Source: Squalus acanthias
Taxonomy: Eukaryota
Direction: 5' to 3'
DNA length: 64,000 nt
Assembly (NCBI GenBank): GCA_030390025.1
Contig: JASTWF010000358.1
Span: 248,001 to 312,000 of the forward strand
The position numbers were made by a program, and so were the translations under genes. The notes under the pieces were generated by a model that was not told the origin of the DNA, made no database searches, and saw only the letters and a list, made by a program, of their open reading frames with translations. Positions 49,262 through 57,234 of this stretch are shown piece by piece (position 1 is the first letter of the stretch; every line of letters starts with the position of its first letter).

Positions 49262-52200
49262 TTAAATTCTGAGAAGGCTGCTGCGAGCTCTTCCCGACGG
49301 TGGGAGGGCACTGACCCTTCCCTCTGATCTGCCGCAGCCTGTTGCTGCACTGACCCTTCCCTCTGATCTGCCGCAGCCTGTTGCTGCTGCGATGTGGCCG
49401 GCCTGTATCTGGGTTATCTTAACCTTAACTCTATGCCTTGGGGCAGTCTGGGGACATGACCACATCCTCCTGGGCTGGGGTTCTCTACTTGACCTACGGG
49501 GAGTTGCTATGGGCGGGGGTTCCGTGACGGACGGACCGGGTTCCGAGACTTCCATCGGGATGACCTGGGGTTCTACCACAGTCGCTGGCTCCGCCTCCGC
49601 TGACTCCGCCTCCCTAACCTCGGGGCTCGCAGTTTGTGGCTCCGCCCTGCTCGGCCCAGCAGGCGGCCCTTCACTCGCGATCTCTGCCTCCCCCGAGGAC
49701 GGGACGTTCAAAGCGGGCGGCCACATCTCTGGGAGCCACACCGGTACTCTCTGTGCTCCCATAGCGGCTGGCCCTGCCTCCCCTAGCTCCTCCCTCCTGT
49801 CTTCGGGACCTGTAGCTTGTGTGTCCACCCTGTGTGGATCTCTATCTGCAGCCCCCGTTCCCTCCAGACCGTTCCTCAGAAACCACCCGTCGTCATCACT
49901 ATCCTCATCGGCACTGTCCTCATCTGACCCGGGTACCCTGAATTCTTCCTCATCTAACCCCCAATTCCAGAAAAACGCTGCATGATCGTCCGGGATGTCC
50001 CTTCCCCTGATGCAAGCTGCTATGCCTGCCTGTGTGCCTTGTGGTCCTACCTGGGGCTGTGCTTTCCCACTGGCGGGATTTACCCCTGTAGTTTTCCCTT
50101 GCGCACCTGGCTGGTACAGTTTGCATTGGTTTATGTGGAACCACTTAGTGCGCCGAGGTACTTTTACGGCGTAAACCATGGGACTCGCCTTGTCTACAAT
50201 GTTGTAGGGTCCCATATACAGTGGTTCCAGACTCCCTACTCTGGCGTAGTTTCTGACCATGACCTGGTCTCCTACTTCCCACTCCCGCGTTTTGCGGGGT
50301 TCCAGCAACAAGCGATTGCCCTGATGCTGCCTTCCCATGTTCCCAGCCGCCTGCTCATAAACCTGCTTCAGGCGCTCCAAGAGAGTCTGGGCGAACTTGT
50401 CCCTGCTTATCTCCTGGAGCTGACCCTCAGTGAGCACCGGCGCTAGCACATGGGTGGGGGTTCGCATGAGCCTCCCAGTCATTACCTCGTGCGGGGAGTA
50501 CCCCGTACTTTTTGACTGACTGGCCCGGACCCCCATGAGGACTAAAGGCAGAACTTCCGCCCATTTTTGGGGCGAGTTCCTAGTCTCTTTCCTCAATTTC
50601 TCCTTCAGGGTCCGGTTCATACGTTCAACAATCCCGGATGACTGGGGATTGTGTGCTACGTGCCACTTCCCTTCAATGCCCAAAAGCATGAGGGTGTTCT
50701 GCATCACCTGGCCGGTGAAATGACTCCCTTGGTCTGACTCCACAAAACGGGGAAGTCCCCACCGCGAGAACAATTCCCGGACCAAGATTTTTGCTGTACC
50801 CAGTGCCGTAGCTGTTCGACAAGGGAAGGCTTCCACCCACTTGGAAAACACATCCACCAGGACGAGGCAATACTTATAACCTCCCTGGGTGGTGGGCAGG
50901 GGTCCTATATAGTCGATCTGTATCGACTGCCATGGTCCCTCTACCCTTCTTACGTGTCCCATGGGCACCTTCCTTTTCTGGGGGTCTGGGTTGTTTGCAG
51001 CGCACACAAGACAGTTTGCACAGAACTCGCGGACTTGTTCCCTGAGCCCTGGCCACCATCCCGCTTGCTCTACCCGTTGCCAGGTAACCTCGGGCCCGGG
51101 GTGCCCTGCCCCTGGTCCCTCGTGAGCCAACTGGAGGAATTCCCTCCTGTGCTGCTGCGGCACAACCCACTGCTCCTCGCGGAACAGCATGCCTTCATTA
51201 ACTGAGAGGGTTGCCGTACTGTACGGACCTTCTACCTGTCTCCCCTCAGCAATGGTTTTTAGGACTGCTTTTAGGGCGGGATCCTGGGCTTGGACGGTCT
51301 TAAGGTCTAGGGGCAATGCTACCCTGGTGTTCCCGGGATTCCCGTCCCTGCCTCGGACCGCTGCTATGGGTCCGGTCCCATAGGGGTTCCAGAAAATGCC
51401 GTTGCGGGCACCTTCCCTGGCTAGCGCATCCGCCTGCTGGTTGCCCTCCCCACGGGGCTCTGTGGAGGAGTGAGCTTTCACCTTATGGATGAAAATCTCT
51501 CCTTCCTCCCCTACTGCTGCTGCTAAGATCTTTTCCAGCAAGGGCTTCACCGTTAAAGGTCGCCCGTCCGCGGAGGTGTATCCACGGCGGGACCAAATGG
51601 CCAGGTATTCCGTGCACGAATTGCAGGTGAACATACTGTCCGAGCAAATCGTGTATGGGGTTGGGAAAATGTCTGGGTGGGTCACAACGTACACCACGGC
51701 AGACAGCTCAGCCTGCTGCGCGCTCATGGTGCTAGGGAGCTTGATCGCCAGGGCAAGGTCTGCCGCAGGGTCATAAACTCCACACCCTGTGGGTCGCTCG
51801 CCAGCAGATACTGTGCTAGACCCATCAACATAAATCTCGCGCCCAGTGGGATGTATCCCGGCCCGTAAACCTATGTTGACGTCCCACACCCCTTCCACCG
51901 AACACCGGTGGGCTGTACCGGGGTATACCAAATTGGCCGCAAGCCTGGGCTCGCAAAGACCTTTTACTCTAAGATCCAACTGGGAGAGAAGGGTCCAACG
52001 CGCAATGCGCGCGCTGCTTACGGTCCCGTCTTTAATCCTCCCATCCAGAAGCATCTTAGTTGGTGTGTGATGTGTGAGGAGAGTGATGGGAGAGAGCCCT
52101 GTGAAGATCGCTGATCTTTTCACAGCCCAATGCGTGGCTAAAAGGTGCCTTTCGCAATTGGAGAAACTTCTCTCCACATCCGTTAACACCCTGGATGAAT

Positions 52201-53782
52201 AGACAACCGGCCTCAGCTTGCCGTGACGCTCTTGGAGCAGCACAGCGCTTAAGCTGTCTCCGCTGGCAGCTACCTCCAGGAAAAACTCCTTCCCCCCATC
52301 TATGGCCCCTAAGGCTGGCGCGGTCTGCAGATCCCCTTTTAACTTCTCGAAGGCTGCTTGGCAGCCCTCGTCCCAAGACCACTCCACCCCCTTATGGAGG
52401 AGTCGGAGGAGCGGCGCTGCTGTGGCCGCATAATCTTCGATAAAATCCCTGCAGTAACCGGTCAGTCCCAAGAAGGACCTCACACCCCTTACGTTGTTGG
52501 GAATCGGTAATTCTTGCACCGACTCCCTCCTTGCTTTGTCTATGGCTCTTTCCCCAGCGCGTATGGTCAGTCCCAGGAATTTTACTTCCCGCTGACCGAT
52601 ACGTGCTTTCTTAGGGTTTATTTTAAAACCCTTTCTCGCTAACAGCTCCAATAACTCGTCCAGTAGTGGTCCATGCTCCTCCCTTGAGTCCGTAAATAGG
52701 AGCAAATCATCCACATACTGCACTATCTGATTGGGCTGACTGAACTCCTTTAAACTTCCTGCCATACACTGATGGAAAATACTGGGGCTATTGTGGAAAC
52801 CCTGTGGCAGACAGTTCCACGTGTACTGTTGTCCTTTGAAAGTAAAGGCAAACTTGTACTGGTCCTCTCGCCGCAGCGGGATGGACCAAAAACCGTTCGA
52901 GATATCCAGCACCGTGAACGTGGTCGCGGACGCTGGGATGCTCCCTATTAGGTCAGCAACTGCTGCTACCGTGGGCGCGCAGGTGGGAATGTTACTGTTA
53001 AGGACTCTGTAGTCCACCGTGGCTCTCCACGAATTATCCGGCTTCCTAACCGGCCATAATGGGGAGTTCACGTGTGTGGCTATCGGCCTCAACACGCCCT
53101 GCTGCACCAAGGAGGACATTGCTGTCTCCATATCGGGTTCTGCTTCTTTAGGGAAGTTATACTGCTTTTGGGGTCGGGTCATGGGGTCCCCATCTACGCT
53201 GACCTCAAACCCGACCACTCTCCCACAATCGTGCTTGTGGGTTGCAAACGCGTGCATATTATCTGACACGTACGTTTGCATGTCCGTTGGGACATCTGCG
53301 ACCATAAGCCTGAGGTCGTAGCCTCCGGATGGCTGTACGGTACACAGGACCCCTGTTTCTTCCTCCCCCGGAATCACTATTACCTCGCCTTTTTCACCTT
53401 TAGCCCCCCAGAGACAGTGATTTCTGAGGTCCACGAGGATCCCGTGTCCCGATAGGAGATCAGACCCGAGAATACCTCTTCCACCCCCCTCCTGCCATGC
53501 CATCAGTATACACTTCCACTTAAGGCGAAGTGTTCCTAAACGAATGGATAGCGGAAGGGAAAACGTGCCAGCCTGTTCTTTTCCTGTGAACCCCGCTAAC
53601 GTGAATGGGACCTTGGTAGATAGCGGCGAGTCAAAAGGGTTATCTGTATGGATTATGGTGCAAGAAGCTCCCGTGTCCAACAAATAACTACCCCTCTCTT
53701 TCTCTACCTCCATCTCCACCAAAGGTCGCTTCCACGCATCATAGCTAAGCGGACACAGGTAGACGGGCTGCGCCGGTTCTAG
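49262..53782 (-). CDS. pol: Pol of element 3: protease, RT, tether RNase H, RNase H, integrase, long C-terminal tail; in frame with gag after TGA
   Basis: LLDTGAS protease; LPQGF and YVDD in RT; IYVDGSS/QAEL/SDS/HKVKAH/GNQQAD RNase H; HHCC and D,D,E integrase (QIDY, ESDQG, IVERMN); GPY motif. 1486-aa ORF open back to the gag stop. Confidence 0.96.
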   Translation of the reverse strand, partial: LEPAQPVYLCPLSYDAWKRPLVEMEVEKERGSYLLDTGASCTIIHTDNPFDSPLSTKVPFTLAGFTGKEQAGTFSLPLSIRLGTLRLKWKCILMAWQEGGGRGILGSDLLSGHGILVDLRNHCLWGAKGEKGEVIVIPGEEETGVLCTVQPSGGYDLRLMVADVPTDMQTYVSDNMHAFATHKHDCGRVVGFEVSVDGDPMTRPQKQYNFPKEAEPDMETAMSSLVQQGVLRPIATHVNSPLWPVRKPDNSWRATVDYRVLNSNIPTCAPTVAAVADLIGSIPASATTFTVLDISNGFWSIPLRREDQYKFAFTFKGQQYTWNCLPQGFHNSPSIFHQCMAGSLKEFSQPNQIVQYVDDLLLFTDSREEHGPLLDELLELLARKGFKINPKKARIGQREVKFLGLTIRAGERAIDKARRESVQELPIPNNVRGVRSFLGLTGYCRDFIEDYAATAAPLLRLLHKGVEWSWDEGCQAAFEKLKGDLQTAPALGAIDGGKEFFLEVAASGDSLSAVLLQERHGKLRPVVYSSRVLTDVERSFSNCERHLLATHWAVKRSAIFTGLSPITLLTHHTPTKMLLDGRIKDGTVSSARIARWTLLSQLDLRVKGLCEPRLAANLVYPGTAHRCSVEGVWDVNIGLRAGIHPTGREIYVDGSSTVSAGERPTGCGVYDPAADLALAIKLPSTMSAQQAELSAVVYVVTHPDIFPTPYTICSDSMFTCNSCTEYLAIWSRRGYTSADGRPLTVKPLLEKILAAAVGEEGEIFIHKVKAHSSTEPRGEGNQQADALAREGARNGIFWNPYGTGPIAAVRGRDGNPGNTRVALPLDLKTVQAQDPALKAVLKTIAEGRQVEGPYSTATLSVNEGMLFREEQWVVPQQHRREFLQLAHEGPGAGHPGPEVTWQRVEQAGWWPGLREQVREFCANCLVCAANNPDPQKRKVPMGHVRRVEGPWQSIQIDYIGPLPTTQGGYKYCLVLVDVFSKWVEAFPCRTATALGTAKILVRELFSRWGLPRFVESDQGSHFTGQVMQNTLMLLGIEGKWHVAHNPQSSGIVERMNRTLKEKLRKETRNSPQKWAEVLPLVLMGVRASQSKSTGYSPHEVMTGRLMRTPTHVLAPVLTEGQLQEISRDKFAQTLLERLKQVYEQAAGNMGRQHQGNRLLLEPRKTREWEVGDQVMVRNYARVGSLEPLYMGPYNIVDKASPMVYAVKVPRRTKWFHINQCKLYQPGAQGKTTGVNPASGKAQPQVGPQGTQAGIAACIRGRDIPDDHAAFFWNWGLDEEEFRVPGSDEDSADEDSDDDGWFLRNGLEGTGAADRDPHRVDTQATGPEDRREELGEAGPAAMGAQRVPVWLPEMWPPALNVPSSGEAEIASEGPPAGPSRAEPQTASPEVREAESAEAEPATVVEPQVIPMEVSEPGPSVTEPPPIATPRRSSREPQPRRMWSCPQTAPRHRVKVKITQIQAGHIAAATGCGRSEGRVSAATGCGRSEGRVSALPPSGRARSSLLRI
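49309..49387 (-). repeat. 39-bp coding tandem duplication (AATGCGRSEGRVS x2) at the Pol C-terminus
   Basis: Visible in element 3. A diverged version is in element 2 at ~61520-61597. Confidence 0.85.
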
Positions 53783-55594
53783 TCATGGGGTACTATTAGA
53801 CGGTCCTGCGGCACTTACGGGGCCGGTTGCGACCGCCACCTGTCCACGTGCACTCAAGATTAGATTGCGCATGGCTCCTAACACTACTTCGAGGTCGTCA
53901 GGAGGGGTGGGTGCCTTAGCTTCCTTAGCCGGGACAGGCGCCTGGGCTCGGACCGCGGGATTTTTATCCTTGGAATCCTTCCACGGGTTCCTGCAATGCT
54001 TGCGCCAGTGCCCTGTCTTCCCACACCCGTAACAAGCATTACCTGCCTGTGGGGCGCGATTACCCTCCTGATGCCACTCTCTTTGATACGGGGCTGCGGG
54101 TCGTACCTCATGTACTCTTCCCTTAAGGGGACGTGTTGCCATACCCCTTATATTGCGATAACCTAACGTGAGTCGATTCAAGACCGACTCTTCCGTAATG
54201 TTGGGGTCATTGGGATCAAACCATGCTTTTGCCTGCTCTCTGACGGCTGGTAAACTGTTGGCTATTATGCACCTAAGCCAATGAGTTAAAGCGGTGCCTT
54301 CCACATCTTCGCGCTCGGGCGCACCTAGGCAGCTGCGCTCATATACTGGCCACAGCCTGTCGGCAAAAACCTTCGGGGGTTCTCCCTCCATCTGCACTGT
54401 CTGTCCCACTCTAGCAAACGGACCTTCATCGTTTGCCCCCAACACTTCCAGGACCTCGTCCCTCAATTCCTCATAAGTCTTGGTTCCCCTCTTGCTCTCG
54501 CCTGAGAGACACTGAAGGACCGAGCTGTCTAATGAGAACAGCAGCATTTTTGCTGTCTCCCCATCATCGCAGCCGTTAATGGCTGCGGCTTGCTCAACTT
54601 CTCTGAAATGTACGGAAGGGTCGTCTGACTCGGTCAGCTTCCGTACGTGATTTATCATAGCTCTCAGCTGATGTGAGCTGTGAGGCAACACCAGCTGTCC
54701 GAGGAGATCCCCCGGTTCTTCCCCACCGTTTCTGTTTGGGCCCCTTTTAATACCCGTTACTGGATACAACGGTCCCTTTCCTACTTCTTTTTCAATGGGC
54801 TCTTTTGTTTCTTCCATTGCTTCCTCCCTTACCCAGGTTTCCGAATAGCTGGGTGGCGCGGAGGGCGCAGTGGCTACTACTTCTTCTGCTTTGCTTGGTG
54901 GGGATTTCTTAAACTTCTCACCTACTAACGGCTGGTGTGCTGACGGACTGATCAGGCACACCATGCCGTTCGCCTTGTTTACGGCCTTCTTGAGGTGCTC
55001 TATCTCCCTTTGGCAGGCGCTATGGTCGGCTCCCTCAAACTTATCCTCATGGGCCAACTTATATGCCACCCTAACCCCCGTTAAGCTCTCTTCTTGAGTT
55101 CTTATCTGGGCAGCTTGGCGGTTACATCTTTCCTTTAACCTGCTCTCATTCAACTTTGCCTCAGTGACCTGGCACTCGAGATAATCTATCCTTGTTTTAA
55201 GGTGACTGGAGATTTCCTGGCTTTCTTGGTGCAACTCATTTAAATTCTTAATGAGCACCTCCCCTCCAGAAACCTTCTCATCCATTTCTCCCTCTAAGTG
55301 ACTGATTCGAGCTACTAGCGCTGTAATGGTCTGGTTTGAAATCTGAACCTGCCTTTTGTAACACATAAGCCAGACTGCTTTCTCAAGTGTCTTTCTATGT
55401 TCTTTACTATCTGTCCACCTTTCGGCTGCCTCTAGCGGGCTTTTATCCGCTAACAATTCACTTATCCATTTCTTAGTTAGATTAACCTTTCCAAACACAT
55501 AATCTGCTATCTTTTCCTGCATAACATTTCGTACAGTCATTCCAAAGTCTAACACACTACCCTCTCGCTGCCAGTGTCCTGCCGCGGTCGCCAT
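53783..55594 (-). CDS. gag: Gag of element 3 (603 aa)
   Basis: Homologue of 42678-44486. CYGCGKTGHWRKHC knuckle. PSAPPSY at 54845-54865. Confidence 0.94.
   Translation of the reverse strand: MATAAGHWQREGSVLDFGMTVRNVMQEKIADYVFGKVNLTKKWISELLADKSPLEAAERWTDSKEHRKTLEKAVWLMCYKRQVQISNQTITALVARISHLEGEMDEKVSGGEVLIKNLNELHQESQEISSHLKTRIDYLECQVTEAKLNESRLKERCNRQAAQIRTQEESLTGVRVAYKLAHEDKFEGADHSACQREIEHLKKAVNKANGMVCLISPSAHQPLVGEKFKKSPPSKAEEVVATAPSAPPSYSETWVREEAMEETKEPIEKEVGKGPLYPVTGIKRGPNRNGGEEPGDLLGQLVLPHSSHQLRAMINHVRKLTESDDPSVHFREVEQAAAINGCDDGETAKMLLFSLDSSVLQCLSGESKRGTKTYEELRDEVLEVLGANDEGPFARVGQTVQMEGEPPKVFADRLWPVYERSCLGAPEREDVEGTALTHWLRCIIANSLPAVREQAKAWFDPNDPNITEESVLNRLTLGYRNIRGMATRPLKGRVHEVRPAAPYQREWHQEGNRAPQAGNACYGCGKTGHWRKHCRNPWKDSKDKNPAVRAQAPVPAKEAKAPTPPDDLEVVLGAMRNLILSARGQVAVATGPVSAAGPSNSTP
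55576..55593 (-). other. Primer-binding site, tRNA-Arg(TCG), element 3
   Basis: Same 18-mer as 42679-42696, 5 nt from the LTR end. Confidence 0.88.
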
Positions 55595-55598
55595 TTTC

Positions 55599-57234
55599 TG
55601 TAAGGGATTCTGACCCTGCGTGTCTCGCAGCCTGTGAGGTTCACGCGGCTCTGTGCAGCCTGTATGTCAGTGCGGGTCTAGGCCTTGTTGCCTGTTCTGG
55701 TCTCCAGCCAGTCTGGGAACACTAGACACACCTGTGAGTGGTTCGAATCACTCGCCCTTACGGTTCTAGACACTGGACTTAGATGCGAGAGCAGTAATGG
55801 AGATGAAACTCATGTAGACTCGGTTGAATGGTACGAAATGGAAAATCTTTATTGCATGATACTTAAGATTATGAAATACATGTCATAAGCACAGATTAAT
55901 GACAGTACAATCTTACAAGCAGTTATATAGTCGATCTTAGGGAAACGAGGAACGAACGGCACACCGTAAATAGGGGCACACATTACAAATATCCTTAATC
56001 CTTAAACCCTCCCCTATCAATATCTATCCTAACTAGATTCGTAGGATTTCGAGACTCATGCTCACCACTCGTGATAACTCGGAGAAATTCCGAATAGCTG
56101 ATCGGATGTTTTTCACCGCAGCACCCACGTGTCGGTCAGGAGATCTCCTGGTCCCACTTGTTTACTTGCTTCTGCTGATCCGGCTAGCAGGCTGGACCGT
56201 CTGCTGTGATGAAGACCTGTGTTGGTTGGTTTAACAGGTACTTTTCCGAGCACAGTTCAGTTAATATCATCGATGTGATATGTTCTTTGCAAGTTCGAAG
56301 AAGTCTTCCTGGCAAGGAAAACTTGGCTGTTCGACCTACAGGCACGGTCGGGATTTACTGACCGTGGCGATGGATATGGTCTTCCTCTCTTCTCATCTCA
56401 TCTCATCTCATCTAATCTCATCTCGGCCCTTTGGTTCCGCTGCCAGTTACCAACATAGGTCTTCGTTACGCGACACGAGGTAGATCCGAACGGATCAGAA
56501 AGTTCAACAGTCCTTTTCAAAGAGTCAACAGGCAAGCAGGAGCCCGACTACGAGTACACAGGAGCAGCCACGAGGTTACGAATAAGAGCACAGGATAAGA
56601 GAAAGATGGACGGTTTGGAGCCTGCAATTATAGTGCAAAAATCTTCCGTTTCCCGCCCAACCTTAATGTCCATTCTTTTGTTTAGGGTCTGGCGCTCAAA
56701 TGTCTTGTATGGGTGATCTCCGTTCTTAATGGGTTTCGGGGCTACTCGTAAATGTCTGAGTACCTGTTAATATTTCTCCCATTGTTAAATCGGTCGGTGT
56801 TCTCCCTGGAGGGGTTGTGGGGCTTCCAAGTGTTTTGTATAACTACCTGCTAACGGCTCTCTCATCGTAGAGTCGTTGGGATTTTACATATTAATGTCTT
56901 TTGGATGGGCCCCTGATTACTTGGTACAATAGCTTTCATTTGTACCTGGGAGACCGATTTCAGTATTTATGTGTATACTGCAAACCCATAATGTCTCGTG
57001 TATTATCTTCACTGTGCTGAATCTTAATCGATCTTGCACAAATGTTTATTGGAACGCCATCTTGTCTGCCTGTTGAAAAGTCTAGAATGTTCTGTCACGA
57101 GGTGCGGCGGCCATTTTACAGGCTGCTTGTGTCCACTTTAAACCTGGCAGCATTCTGCTGAAATAAAAGCTGTTTGAACGAAACTCTGTGTTTTCTCCTT
57201 ATTAATAAAATCGCGATATATTGCGAATTCTACA
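55599..57234 (-). repeat. 5' LTR of element 3 (1636 bp)
   Basis: TGTAG...CTTACA on - strand, followed by PBS and gag. Confidence 0.97.

Larger units (their letters stand above)
44545..57234 (-). mobile_element. ERV-like element 3: complete 12,690-bp provirus (LTR-gag-pol-env-LTR) flanked by a GAC duplication
   Basis: Two LTRs about 99% identical by eye, PBS, PPT, intact gag and pol, env with one frameshift. GAC at 44542-44544 and 57235-57237. Confidence 0.97.

Noticed and set aside
50535..53321. Short overlapping or antisense ORFs within pol (and equivalents within gag and env)
   Set aside because: No recognisable motifs; recurrence between elements simply reflects high nucleotide identity.
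41062..57234. DIRS-like element or inverted-repeat transposon suggested by inverted LTR copies
   Set aside because: Explained by nested insertions. A DDE integrase, PBS, PPT and direct LTR pair are present, and there is no tyrosine recombinase.
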